Positions 1 to 9,837 of a DNA stretch of 64,000 bases are shown here, one piece after another (the first letter of the stretch is position 1; each line of letters begins with the position of its first letter). The DNA lies in contig CAVSAT010000004.1 in the NCBI GenBank assembly GCA_963726005.1, positions 804,956 through 868,955 on the forward strand, written 5' to 3'. The position numbers and the translations under genes were made by a program. A model generated the notes under the pieces. It was given only the letters and a program-made list of their open reading frames with translations, did no database searches and was not told where the DNA came from. The stretch comes from an uncultured Acidimicrobiaceae bacterium (GTDB lineage Bacteria; Actinomycetota; Acidimicrobiia; Acidimicrobiales; RAAP-2).

Positions 1-7
1 AGCGCGC

Positions 8-2137
8 ATGACGGACGCCACCCTGGTGCGCGAGCGACCGGACACCGCCGCGACGCCGACGGCCGTGACCGGCCGCCACCTGCCGGCCCTCAACGGCCTC
101 CGGGCGCTCGCCGTCATCGGCGTGGTCGCCTACCACCTCCAACTCGGCTGGGCGTCGGGGGGCTACCTGGGGGTCGACCTCTTCTTCGTCTTGTCGGGCT
201 TCCTCATCACCAGCCTCTTGCTCGAGGAGTGGGTGGGCACGGGCCGGATCAGCCTGGCGGCGTTCTGGGGCCGGCGGGCCAAGCGCCTTCTGCCGGCGCT
301 CTTTCTCGTCGTCGCGGCGCTCGCGCTCTATCTCGTCCTCAACGGGCTCCTCGGCGGTCCCGGCGCCAACGGCCTGCTCGACCTCCCGGGCCTGCGGGGC
401 GACGCCATCTCGACCCTGCTGTACGTGAACAACTGGCACTCCATTTACGTGGGCCAGTCGTACTTCGCGCAGTTCTCCACGCCCTCTCCCTTGCAGCACA
501 CCTGGTCCCTGGCGATTGAGGAGCAGTTCTACCTGGTCTGGCCGCTCGTGCTCCTGCTCGTCCTGCGCGTCGCGCCGCGCACGTGGCGCCGCACCGGCGT
601 GATGGTCACCGTGGTCCTCGGGGTCGCGTCGTCGGTCCTGATGGCGCTCCTCTTCCACCCGGGGTCGGATCCCTCGAGGATCTACTACGGGACCGACACC
701 AGGCTCTTCGACCTCATGGCGGGGGCCACCGTGGCCTTCGTCGCCGCATCTCGCCGCCAGCCCAACCCGAAGGCGCGGCGGACCCTCCACGTCGTGGGCC
801 CGGCCGCGGCCGTGGTGCTCGGCGTGTTCTGGGTCACCGCAGGCACGACCGGCGGCCTGCCGACGGACTTCATGTTCGACGGGGGTTTCCTCCTTTGCGC
901 CGCGCTGGCCGGCCTCGTCGTCGCCGACGCGCGCCTCACCGACCCGGGCCCGTTCTCGCGCGCGCTCGCCTGGCGGCCGCTGCACTTCATCGGGACCATC
1001 TCCTACGGCATCTACCTGTGGCACTGGCCGGTGATCGTCTACATCAACGGGCCCCGCACTGGCCTGTCCGCCTGGCCGCTCGACCTGCTCCGCGTCGTCG
1101 TGACGCTCGGGCTGGCGACCGCGAGCTTCTATCTGGTCGAGCGGCCCGTCAGGCTGGCCCGGCTGCACGGCTGGGCCCGGGTCTGGGGTGCACCGCTCGC
1201 CGGTGTGGCCACCGCCGTCGTCATCGTCGTTGCCACCATCCCGGCCGTCGCCGACCCGTCCCGCGTGGTCGGGACCACGCAGCTGGCCAGCGTGGCCGGC
1301 CGCGTCGTGCCCGGCACGGGCGGCTACGAGGGCCAGCTGCCGATCCACCTGACGACGCCGCCCTCGCCGGCTCACCCGCTGCGCGTGCTCGTCCTCGGGG
1401 ACTCGGTCATGCACGACGCGTCCTTCGGGATCGCGGCGGCCCTGCAGGCGACGGGCGAGGCCGTCGTGGACCCGAGGACCATCGACGGCTTCGGGCTCGT
1501 CACCGCCACGAACTGGCCGACGGCCATCCCCGATCTGATCCGCCAGACCGGGGCCCAGCTGATCGTCGCGTCGTGGAGCTGGGACCAGGACGGCCCGACC
1601 ACCCCCAACGCCCTGCACCAGCCGGCCCGGTACAGCGCGTTGCTGCGTCGCGCCGTCACCACGATGCTGGCGCCGGGGAACGGGGTGGAAGGCGTGATCT
1701 TCGCCGAGTTCCCCCAGTCGGGGTTCCTCGAGGGTCCCAACCCGGGCGCCGCGGTGGCGTACAACGAGATGCGCCGGCAGGGCGTGGCGGCCTGGAACGC
1801 CATCGCCGCCGCGATGAGCGCGTCCTTCCCGGGCCGGGTCATGTACTTCCCGGTCGCCGGTTCCCTGCTCCTCGACGGGAAGTACTCGGCCTGGCTCCCG
1901 CCCGAGGGCAACCGGCACGCGCCCCCCGGCGAGTGGATCCGGGTGCGCAAGCTCGACAACGTCCACCTCTGTCCCGAGGGGAGCGCGCGCTACGCCGATG
2001 CGCTCCTCTCGGACATGACCGCCGTCTTCAAGCTCACCCCCCCGGCCGGCACTTGGTCCCAGGGATCATGGACGCGAGCCCCCGACTTCAACGACCCGCC
2101 CGGCGCCTGCCCCGACGACCACCCTCCGGGGGCCTAG
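8..2137 (+). CDS. Membrane acyltransferase family 3 (OafA/YrhL-like) with C-terminal SGNH/GDSL-like domain
   Basis: 709-aa ORF. The N-terminal LNGLRALAVIGVVAYH block and about 10 hydrophobic helices are typical of Acyl_transf_3. The C-terminal part has a GDS-type block (LVLGDSVMHD). ATG at 8. Confidence 0.8.
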   Translation: MTDATLVRERPDTAATPTAVTGRHLPALNGLRALAVIGVVAYHLQLGWASGGYLGVDLFFVLSGFLITSLLLEEWVGTGRISLAAFWGRRAKRLLPALFLVVAALALYLVLNGLLGGPGANGLLDLPGLRGDAISTLLYVNNWHSIYVGQSYFAQFSTPSPLQHTWSLAIEEQFYLVWPLVLLLVLRVAPRTWRRTGVMVTVVLGVASSVLMALLFHPGSDPSRIYYGTDTRLFDLMAGATVAFVAASRRQPNPKARRTLHVVGPAAAVVLGVFWVTAGTTGGLPTDFMFDGGFLLCAALAGLVVADARLTDPGPFSRALAWRPLHFIGTISYGIYLWHWPVIVYINGPRTGLSAWPLDLLRVVVTLGLATASFYLVERPVRLARLHGWARVWGAPLAGVATAVVIVVATIPAVADPSRVVGTTQLASVAGRVVPGTGGYEGQLPIHLTTPPSPAHPLRVLVLGDSVMHDASFGIAAALQATGEAVVDPRTIDGFGLVTATNWPTAIPDLIRQTGAQLIVASWSWDQDGPTTPNALHQPARYSALLRRAVTTMLAPGNGVEGVIFAEFPQSGFLEGPNPGAAVAYNEMRRQGVAAWNAIAAAMSASFPGRVMYFPVAGSLLLDGKYSAWLPPEGNRHAPPGEWIRVRKLDNVHLCPEGSARYADALLSDMTAVFKLTPPAGTWSQGSWTRAPDFNDPPGACPDDHPPGA

Positions 2138-2149
2138 ACGGCGCGCCGC

Positions 2150-2608
2150 CTACGGCTGGGTGCAGAACGGGGTCACCGCGTTGATGAGGCTGGACCCGGT
2201 CGCCGCCGACTTCACGCTGCTCCAATTGCTCCCGACGTCGGCCACCACCTCGAACCAGTAGCGCGTGCCGCTGGTCAGCGTGCCGCTGGTCCACGAGGTG
2301 GTGGCCACGCCGCTCGCGACGAGGGTGTAGGTGCCGGTGGCCGAGGTCGTCGAGTCGTACAGCAAGTAGGTCGTGGCGTGGGTGACGGCGCTCCAGGTGA
2401 CCTTGATCGTCTTCGAGGTGACCGGAGCGTTGCAGCTGGCGGCGGGCCCGGCGGGGGCGGCGGGCAGCGCCAGCGCGTGCGCCTCCCCCTTACTGCCGGT
2501 GGCCAGGTGGACCACCCAGTTGGTGCCCGCCCACGCCGAGCCCGAGGCGCAGACCACGCTCAGCGCGGCGCCCACAGAGAGAACGACGAGGAGCTTGCCA
2601 AGCCGCAC
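2150..2608 (-). CDS. Small secreted protein (signal/anchor plus FN3-like beta domain), paralogue of 2665..3288
   Basis: Last 152 codons of track ORF 2150..3490. GTG at 2608 precedes the hydrophobic LGKLLVVLSVGAALSVVCASGSAWA. The motif TNWVVHLATGSKGE is shared with the upstream gene. TWSAV...YLLYDS...RYWFEVVA resembles fibronectin-III. Confidence 0.55.
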   Translation of the reverse strand: MRLGKLLVVLSVGAALSVVCASGSAWAGTNWVVHLATGSKGEAHALALPAAPAGPAASCNAPVTSKTIKVTWSAVTHATTYLLYDSTTSATGTYTLVASGVATTSWTSGTLTSGTRYWFEVVADVGSNWSSVKSAATGSSLINAVTPFCTQP

Positions 2609-2664
2609 GCTCGGCGCTCCTCGTCGTTCTCTGGGGCGTCCTCTCCGGGGCGGGAGAGGACCGA

Positions 2665-3288
2665 TCAGCTGGTCCAGCTGTCCGTGGCCGGGCTGGTGGT
2701 CGAGGTCGCCGCCCCACCGGTGGCGGTGACGCCGGTGAAGGACGGCAGGGAGAAGTAGGTGGCGGCACAGGCCGCGGGCGTGGTCGCCGCCATGCTGGCG
2801 TCGTTCGTGAGCGTCACGGCGAGCGGGTTGTTCGCCTGCCCGCTGGCCCCCACGGTGACCGCGGTCGTCAACGTATGGGTGGTGCCGCTCGTCGCCGTGG
2901 AGAAGTTCCACGTCACGCCGCTCGGGGTCGCGGCGAGGCATCCCGTCTGGGTGGTGGTGAGCGCACTCGTCGTGTACCCGGTGGCGTAGGTCGCGTTGGT
3001 CGGCAGCTGCACCGCCGTGATGGTGACCGGGTACGGGTTGGGGTTCGAGATCGTGACGACCACGTCGCCGTTGCCTCCGGGGTAGAGGAGGTTCGTTGCG
3101 GCGGGCGACGCCACGGCGGTGATGGTCAGGTTGGCGATGGTGGCGGACTGGCCCTCGCCCGACGAGCCGGCGTTCAGGCCCACCACCCAGTTCGTTGCCG
3201 CGTAGGCCCCCGCGCCGGCCAACACGATGCCGCAGACTGCGGACACGATCTTCGTCCGCCGGGCCATTCTGCCCGTCTTGATCTTCAT
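2665..3288 (-). CDS. Secreted Thr/Ala/Gly-rich protein with N-terminal signal/anchor
   Basis: ATG at 3288 (MKIKTGRMARRTKIVSAVCGIVLAGAGAYA) sits behind AGGAAG about 4 nt upstream. The block ATNWVVGLNAGSSGE follows the signal. The beta-rich low-charge remainder fits an extracellular protein. Confidence 0.6.
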   Translation of the reverse strand: MKIKTGRMARRTKIVSAVCGIVLAGAGAYAATNWVVGLNAGSSGEGQSATIANLTITAVASPAATNLLYPGGNGDVVVTISNPNPYPVTITAVQLPTNATYATGYTTSALTTTQTGCLAATPSGVTWNFSTATSGTTHTLTTAVTVGASGQANNPLAVTLTNDASMAATTPAACAATYFSLPSFTGVTATGGAATSTTSPATDSWTS

Positions 3289-3558
3289 CTCTTCCTGCTT
3301 TCCGTTCACGCTGCGCGGGGGTTGGGCGTGCTTCAGCGGCACGATCCGGGTAGGGGGTCGACGTCACGGCAACGGGTCTTGAGTGGCGTGGAGGCATTTG
3401 GACAGGACGCCGGGCAGGCGACGGGCACCCCTGAGAACGGGCATTTCGCCCCGACGGCGGGCGAGAGAGGCCCGGGCCGTCCGTCCGCACGCAACAGAAG
3501 GACAGAACCCCAGGCCGAAGGCCTCAGGTCCGGGCACGTGGCGGCCGATATCTCCCCT

Positions 3559-5155
3559 ATGCAGCCGCCCGTCTTGCGTGAGCGCGTCGCGGCCTACGTC
3601 CCCTTCGCCGTCGTGGCCGTGGCGGGGCAGCTCAGCGCGGCCTGGCCCCCCAGGCCGACGGACATCACGGCCTTCTGGCTCAGCACCGCACTGCTGTTCG
3701 TCTGCGCCGTCGGGGTGGTGCGCCGCCGGGCCGTGCCGCCGGCGACCTTCCTGATCGGTGCCACCGTCTACACCGCGTCGGTGACCCTTCTCATGCAGGC
3801 GACCGGCGGCATCGACAGCGGGCTCGGGGTCCTGATGTTCATGCCGCTCGTCGGCGTCGCCCTCTACGGTCAGCGTTGGGAGTCGGCCCTCACCCTCGTC
3901 GTGGTGCTCGCCGCCCTTCTCGCCGTCTCCCTCGCCGGCCCGCAGATGGCCGGAGCGACCGCGAGGCGGCTCTTCCTCATGGGCTCGATCGGCGCCATGC
4001 TGTCGATCGCCATCCACAGCCTGCGAAGCCGCCTCGTCGAGTCCAACGAGCGCACCACGAGTCTCTTGAACCAGGAGGCCGCGACCAACACGGCGGCGCG
4101 CCAGCTGACGTTGCTGTCGGAGCCGGCGGCGATCACCGCGCTCGGCGCCCAGCTCGCCACGCGCATCGCCTCGCCACTGGGCTCGGAGATCCGCCGGGCG
4201 TCCTATCTCAGGATCGAAGACGGCATGGTGTCGGTCGAGGCGCAGTGCGACGAGTTCGGGTTGCAGATCGTCGACAGCTGGCCGCTCGAGGAACATCCGG
4301 GGCTGCGCGACGCCGTCGCGAACGCGGCAGCCCGTCACCGCCGCTCTCCGTCCCGAGGAGCTCGGACCGGCCTTCGGGGCGGTGCTCGCCGAGACCGGCA
4401 TCACGCACGGTGCCTGGGTCCCGGTCTGTCCCGACGGGGTGCTGCACGGGGTGCTCGCGCTGTCGAGCCGGGGCGCCGCGCTCCCGGCCGAGTGCCTCGA
4501 CCGCTGCATCGCCCTGGGTTACTTCCTGGAGCTCGCGCTGGCCAACTGGGCCGCCCATCAGAAGCTCGAGCAGCAGGCGACGGCCGAGGAGCGGCGACGG
4601 ATCGCGCGCGAACTGCACGACGGCCTCGCGCACGAGCTGGCGTTCATCGCCAGCAAGACCCGGGGATTCACCGGGGGCCCTCCGGCCTCGCTCGACGTGC
4701 GGGAACTGGCCGGAGCCGCCGACCGTGCGCTGGACGAGGCGCGGCGGGCCATCACCGTCCTCTCCGTGCCCCACCCGCAGTCACTCCACTGCGCCATCGC
4801 GCAGACGGCGGAGGATCTCGGGTCACGCCTCGGGGTCAACGTCGATCTCGAGCTCGCCGAGGACGTCGACGTGCCGGGGGAGGTGACGGAGAACCTGCTC
4901 CGTATCGTGCGCGAGGCAATGACGAACGCGGCGAACCACGGTGCCTCCGAGCAGGTGAAGGTCACGCTGGCGCGCGACGATCAGGTCCGGCTCGTGATCG
5001 AGGACGACGGATGCGGCTTCGTGCCGGGTGGCGACCGTGTCTGTGGCGGCTTCGGCCTCTTGAGCATGGAGGAGCGGGCGGCCTCGGTGGGGGCGGAGTT
5101 CAGTCTGAGCTCGTGGCCAGAACGGGGCACCCGCGTGGAGGTGGCGTTCCGATGA
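3559..5155 (+). pseudogene. Sensor histidine kinase (5-TM sensor, GAF-like, HisKA_3, HATPase_c), frame-broken near 4330
   Basis: Frame 1 from ATG 3559 gives the membrane and GAF-like N-terminus up to ...LRDAVANAAA. Frame 2 continues PVTAALRPEELGPAFGAVLAETGITHGAWVPV...ELHDGLAHEL...NAANHG...DDGCGF to stop 5155. The switch lies in gcagcccgtc at 4327-4336. Confidence 0.75.
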
Positions 5156-5807
5156 GTAGCCCGGTGGGCAGCCCGGTGAGCGTGCTCCTGGCCGACGACC
5201 ACGCCCGGACCCGCGCCATGGTCCGCCAGGCGCTCGAGCGCGGGGCGAGTTCCACGTGTGCATCGAGGCCTCCGACGCCACCGCGGCGGTGCAGGGGGCG
5301 AAGGAGGCGCACCCCGACGTCTGCCTCCTCGACATCAACATGCCGGGGAACGGCATCGCGGCCGCCGCCCAGATCACCGGTGCGCTGCCCGACACGGCCG
5401 TCGTCATGCTCACGGTGTCGCGACAGGACGAGGACCTCTTCGACGCGCTCCGGGCGGGGGCCTCGGGCTACCTGCTGAAGGGGATCGACGAGGACTCCAT
5501 CGGCGACGCGCTCCAGCGCGTGCTGGCCGGGGAGGCCACGCTGCCCGGCACCCTCGTGGCCCGCCTCGTGGACGAATTCCGCGACAGGGAGCAGCGTCGC
5601 GTCGCCGTGCCCGACGCGCAGACGGCGCGCCTCACCGGTCGCGAGTGGGATGTGCTCGAGCTCATGCGGAAGGGGGCCAGCACGGCCGAGATCTCCGGAC
5701 GACTCTTCGTGTCGCCGACCACCGTGCGCAGCCACGTGTCGGCCATTCTGCGCAAGCTCGGTGTGCCGACGAGGGAGGCCGCCATCAAACTGCTCGACGG
5801 CGGCTGA
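5152..5807 (+). pseudogene. NarL/LuxR-family response regulator, frame-broken near 5245
   Basis: ATG 5152 overlaps the kinase stop (ATGA). Frame 1 gives MSSPVGSPVSVLLADDHARTRAMVRQALERG. Frame 3 continues EFHVCIEASDATAAVQ...DINMPG...LTGREWDVLELM...TVRSHVSAILRKLG. The break is in cgcggggcgag at 5239-5249. Confidence 0.75.
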
Positions 5808-5843
5808 GCGGCGGGCGCCACGGCCGGCCGTAAGCTGGCGGGC

Positions 5844-7232
5844 GTGACCAGCACCCGCATGGAGAGCGACAGCATGGGGGAGATCGAGGTCCCCGCCGAC
5901 CGGTACTGGGGGGCCCAGACGCAGCGTTCGCTGCATCATTTCGCCATCGGTACCGAGACGATGCCCAAGCCGCTGATCAGGGCGTTCGGGATCCTCAAAG
6001 GGGCCTCCGCCTCGGTGAACCGCGACCTCGGCAAGCTCGACGACGCATTGGCTGGCCCCATCGAGCAGGCGGCCGAGGAGGTGGCCAAGGGCGCGCTCGA
6101 CGACCACTTCCCGCTGCGCATCTGGCAGACCGGCAGCGGCACGCAGACCAACATGAATGCCAACGAGGTCATCTCCAACCGCGCCATCGAGCTCACCGGG
6201 GGCGTCATGGGCTCCAAGAAGCCGGTGCACCCCAATGATCACGTCAACATGTCGCAGTCGTCGAACGACACGTTCCCGACCGCCATGCACATCGCCGCGG
6301 TGGAGGAGATCGTGCACCGGCTCCTCCCATCGGTGGCGGCGCTGCGCGACGCGCTGTTGGACAAGGAGATCGAATACGCCGGCGTGACCAAGATCGGTCG
6401 CACGCACCTGATGGATGCGGTGCCGTTGACGCTCGGCCAGGAGTTCTCCGGGTACGTGGCGCAGCTGACGGCGGACATCGACCGGATCGAGCGCACCCTC
6501 CCGGGTCTCTACGAGCTGGCAGCGGGGGGCAGTGCCGTGGGCACCGGGCTCAACACGCACCCCGAGTTCGGGGCCCGAGTGGCGGCCGCGATCGCCGAAG
6601 TCACCGGGCTGCCCTTCGTGACGGCGGCCAACAAGTTCGCCGCGCTCGCTGCCCACGACGATCTCGTGTTTACGCACGGCGCGCTCAAGACGCTCGCGGT
6701 GTCGCTGATGAAGATCGCCGACGACGTGCGCTGGCTGGGCTCGGGTCCGCGCAGCGGGCTCGGTGAGCTCGTGCTACCCGAGAACGAGCCGGGATCGTCC
6801 ATCATGCCCGGCAAGGTCAACCCCACCCAGAGCGAGGCGATGATCATGGTCGGGATCCAGGTGATCGGGAACGACACGGCGGTGACCACCGCCGGGAGCC
6901 GGGGCAACCTCGAGCTCAACGTGGCCAAGCCGGTCATCGCGTACAACGTCATGCAGTCGATTGCGCTGATGACCGACGCCTGCCGCAGCTTCCGCGAGTT
7001 CTGCGTCGAGGGCCTCGAGCCCGACCTCCAGCAGATTCAGCGGCACCTCACCAACTCGCTCATGCTCGTCACCGCCCTGGCACCGAGCATCGGCTACGAC
7101 AAGGCGGCCGAGGTGGCCAAGAAGGCGCACAAGGAGGGCACGACGCTCAAGGAGGCGGCGCTGGCCCTGGACTACCTGACCGAGGAGGAATTCGACGCCG
7201 CCGTGCGCCCAGAGGAGATGACCCACCCGTGA
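5844..7232 (+). CDS. fumC: Class II fumarate hydratase
   Basis: Contains [21 protein letters not shown] and [16 protein letters not shown] signature blocks. 462 aa. An alternative start at ATG 5859 is possible. Confidence 0.95.
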   Translation: MTSTRMESDSMGEIEVPADRYWGAQTQRSLHHFAIGTETMPKPLIRAFGILKGASASVNRDLGKLDDALAGPIEQAAEEVAKGALDDHFPLRIWQTGSGTQTNMNANEVISNRAIELTGGVMGSKKPVHPNDHVNMSQSSNDTFPTAMHIAAVEEIVHRLLPSVAALRDALLDKEIEYAGVTKIGRTHLMDAVPLTLGQEFSGYVAQLTADIDRIERTLPGLYELAAGGSAVGTGLNTHPEFGARVAAAIAEVTGLPFVTAANKFAALAAHDDLVFTHGALKTLAVSLMKIADDVRWLGSGPRSGLGELVLPENEPGSSIMPGKVNPTQSEAMIMVGIQVIGNDTAVTTAGSRGNLELNVAKPVIAYNVMQSIALMTDACRSFREFCVEGLEPDLQQIQRHLTNSLMLVTALAPSIGYDKAAEVAKKAHKEGTTLKEAALALDYLTEEEFDAAVRPEEMTHP

Positions 7233-7561
7233 GCGAGCCCCTGCTGACACAGGGCGAGGTGGACGCCGCGCTGGACGAGCAGCACCTGTACTGGTCCCGC
7301 GAGGGCGATGTCCTGGTGACCACCGTCAAGCTGCACGACTTCGCCGCCGCCCTCGCCTTCGTCAACGCCGTCGGCGCCGCCGCGGAGGCGGCCAACCACC
7401 ACCCCGACATCGACATCCGGTGGAACACCGTCCGCTTGGCCCTGACCACGCACGATTCGGGCGGCATCACGCTGCTCGACCTGGCGCTCGCCGGGGCCAT
7501 CGACCGCATGCGACCCGACGTCCGCGACGATGACGGCGGCGGCGCGGCGACCGGGACCTAG
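7229..7561 (+). CDS. 4a-hydroxytetrahydrobiopterin (pterin-4a-carbinolamine) dehydratase-like protein
   Basis: 110 aa with [33 protein letters not shown], typical of PCD/DCoH. The GTG start overlaps the fumC stop (GTGA). Confidence 0.8.
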   Translation: MSEPLLTQGEVDAALDEQHLYWSREGDVLVTTVKLHDFAAALAFVNAVGAAAEAANHHPDIDIRWNTVRLALTTHDSGGITLLDLALAGAIDRMRPDVRDDDGGGAATGT

Positions 7562-8304
7562 CCCGCCGGCTCGAGCAGGCCCGCCCGCAGGCCGTCGAGC
7601 ACCGCGGGCCCGACGCCCAACCCGGCGACGTAGGCGTCGACGGTGCCGTAGCGCTCCTTCAGATGGTCGAGCAGTTGCTCCATCTGGGCCGGGTCGGCCG
7701 AGAACACCTCGTCGAGGTTCTCAATGGAGTCCCGGCCCTCGGGGTACCTCACCATGAGCTTGGCCCGCAGGCGCAACATGGCCTCGCCACTGAGCGCGTA
7801 GTCGGCCACGACGGTCGGCTCGTCGACGCCGAGCAGCGAGAGCACGATGGCCGACAAGACGCCGGTGCGGTCCTTGCCCGCGGTGCAGTGGAACACGGCC
7901 GGCAGCGCACCGGGCGCAGCGAGGACCTCGAGGGCCGCCCGGATCCGGACGCCGGCATCGCTGAGGAACTCGCGGTACTGCGAGCCCAGGAAGCCGGGCC
8001 GCCGGTCGAACTCCTCTGCGTCGGGCAACTCGTCCAAGAAGGGGAAGTGGTGGAAGGCCACCGGATGCGCATCGACGTCGAACCGGCCGCGCTCCAGTTC
8101 CTCGCCCGACCGCAGATCGATCACCGTGCGGATGCCGAGGGTCCGCAGCACCGAGAGGTCGGAGTCGGTCAGCTCGCCCAGGCCGTCGGCGCGGAACAGC
8201 GTCCGCCAGCGCGTCCGCATCCCGGTCGCGGTCGCGTACCCGCCGAGGTCGCGGAAGTTGACCGCGCCCTCCAGGGCGATGAGCCGCTCCGCCGCGCCCG
8301 TCAC
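7558..8304 (-). CDS. Protein tyrosine/serine phosphatase (Y_phosphatase3-like)
   Basis: GTG at 8304 overlaps the upstream stop (GTGA). Contains NFRDLGG and the CX5R P-loop HCTAGKDRTG. The N-terminal 145 codons of track ORF 7558..8739 are Arg/Pro shadow sequence and were not called. Confidence 0.8.
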   Translation of the reverse strand: MTGAAERLIALEGAVNFRDLGGYATATGMRTRWRTLFRADGLGELTDSDLSVLRTLGIRTVIDLRSGEELERGRFDVDAHPVAFHHFPFLDELPDAEEFDRRPGFLGSQYREFLSDAGVRIRAALEVLAAPGALPAVFHCTAGKDRTGVLSAIVLSLLGVDEPTVVADYALSGEAMLRLRAKLMVRYPEGRDSIENLDEVFSADPAQMEQLLDHLKERYGTVDAYVAGLGVGPAVLDGLRAGLLEPAG

Positions 8305-8873
8305 GCGACCGGCATGTCCCACATGGGGAACCAACGCGACAGGTCGGCTTCCACCGGCAGATCCGCCCCGACCATGGTGCGGATGCGCAGCTCCAGCTCG
8401 GTGTCGCGCCGCTCCTTCTGCGGGTCCACGGGGGCGAAGGGGTAGAACGTGCCGCGCTTGAACAGGTAGACGAGCCGGAACGGCTTGGCGTCGCTCGGCG
8501 CGTCGGGGCCGGCGACGAAGCCGAACACCGAGCACAGCAACTGGGGGCCCCAGCCGTTGTCCTGCAGCGTCGAGTTCGCCATGTGGATCTTGGTGACCAG
8601 TTCCTCGATGTCGAGATCGTCGAGGAGCAACCAGCCGTAGTCGAAGGAGTCCACGGCGTAGCCGAAACCCTCGCCGACCAGTTCGGACACCTCTTTCTGC
8701 GCGTCCGCCGTCTTCTGGCCCGGGGCCGGCTTCCAACACACGCCCGCGTGACCCGAGGACACCAGTCCTCCGGCGCTCTGCAGGGTCAGCGCCGCGGTGG
8801 GCAGGGCGAACAGCGCGTCGAGGTTCGCCCGGACGGGCTTGGTGCGTCCGAGGATCGTGTCGAAGAGCCCCAC
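8301..8873 (-). CDS. Conserved actinobacterial protein downstream of pspA-htpX (possibly a PspA-associated PspAB-like protein)
   Basis: 190-aa ORF with balanced composition (MGLFDTILGRTKPVRANLDALFALP...). It lies 19 nt after htpX and is stop/start coupled to the phosphatase. The family name is recalled from memory and not verified. Confidence 0.7.
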   Translation of the reverse strand: MGLFDTILGRTKPVRANLDALFALPTAALTLQSAGGLVSSGHAGVCWKPAPGQKTADAQKEVSELVGEGFGYAVDSFDYGWLLLDDLDIEELVTKIHMANSTLQDNGWGPQLLCSVFGFVAGPDAPSDAKPFRLVYLFKRGTFYPFAPVDPQKERRDTELELRIRTMVGADLPVEADLSRWFPMWDMPVA

Positions 8874-8892
8874 CGCCGGCGAGGCTACCGGC

Positions 8893-9837
8893 TCAGCTGG
8901 CCTGGCCGAGCTGGTGCTCGAGTGCGTCCAGCTGGGCCAGCCGGCGCTCGAGCGTCGGGTGCGTCCGGAACAGGTTGCCGAAGCTGAAGCCGCCGCCGGC
9001 GCCCTGGGCGTCGCCGCTGGCCACGGCCGGGGTGAAGAAGAAGGCGTTGAACGGCTCGGCTGAGCGGAGGTCCTTGGTCGGGATGCGCCCCATCTCCCCG
9101 GTGATCTTGACCAGCGCGGAGGCGAGCAACGAGGGGCGGCCGATCAGCAAGGCGCCGGACCGGTCTGCCGCAAGCTCGCGGTAGCGCGACAGCGCCATGG
9201 TCAGCAGGAAGCTGATGAAGTACACGACGACCGAGACCAACAAGATGACCATCTCGATCAGAGCCGCCTGACCGCCGCTCTGGTCGTTGCCCCGGCCGCC
9301 ACCGAAGATCTCCGAGTAGAACATCACGCGGGTCAGCAGGCCGGCCAGCATGCCCAAGCCGCTGGCGATGGTCATGACCGCCACGTCGCGGTGGGCCACG
9401 TGGGAGATCTCGTGCGAGAGGACCGCCTCGACCTCGGGCTCGTCCAGGCGACGCAGCAAGCCCGACGTGACGCAGACGACGGCCTTCTTCGGGCTCCTGC
9501 CCGTGGCGAATGCGTTGGGGATGTCCGTCGTCGCGATGGCCACGCGCGGCTTGGGCATGTCGGCCAGCGCGCAGAGCCGGTCGACCACGCCGTGCAGCTG
9601 GGGCGCCTGTTCGGGCGTGACCTCCTTGGCGTGCATGGCGTACATGGCGATCTTGTCGCTGAAGAAGTACTGGCAGAACAAGAGCCCGAAGCCGATGACC
9701 AGGATCAGCACGAGGCTGTGGAGCAGCGCGAAGAGGACGCCGATGAACGCCGCGTAGAGCACGACGAGGAAGAACCCGGTCATGAGCATCCGGGTCGTCA
9801 GGCCGCGGTCCGGCTTGATATTGCGTGAGATCGCCAT
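8893..9837 (-). CDS. htpX: Zinc metalloprotease HtpX
   Basis: Four TM segments, the HEISHVAHRD (HExxH) motif and 314 aa. The start overlaps the pspA stop. Confidence 0.9.
   Translation of the reverse strand: MAISRNIKPDRGLTTRMLMTGFFLVVLYAAFIGVLFALLHSLVLILVIGFGLLFCQYFFSDKIAMYAMHAKEVTPEQAPQLHGVVDRLCALADMPKPRVAIATTDIPNAFATGRSPKKAVVCVTSGLLRRLDEPEVEAVLSHEISHVAHRDVAVMTIASGLGMLAGLLTRVMFYSEIFGGGRGNDQSGGQAALIEMVILLVSVVVYFISFLLTMALSRYRELAADRSGALLIGRPSLLASALVKITGEMGRIPTKDLRSAEPFNAFFFTPAVASGDAQGAGGGFSFGNLFRTHPTLERRLAQLDALEHQLGQAS

Noticed and set aside
583-2184. Long alternative-frame ORFs throughout the GC-rich part. Examples are 583..2184, the 5' parts of 2875..5478 and 23066..26749, 5100..6677(-), 20164..22170(-), 22803..24965(-), 25517..26959(-), 26987..28690(-), 27742..29313 (5' part), 38689..40128(-) and 57373..58764(-).
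   Set aside because: Their translations are dominated by Arg/Pro/Gly/Ala runs with no recognisable motifs. They overlap frames that carry clear family signatures. These are typical shadow ORFs of roughly 70% GC DNA.
4327-4336. The three frame breaks (about 4330, 5245 and 37692) might be programmed ribosomal frameshift sites.
   Set aside because: There is no slippery heptamer (X XXY YYZ) and no downstream pseudoknot-like element at any of them. All three sit in short G/C runs, where indel errors or mutations are the simpler explanation.
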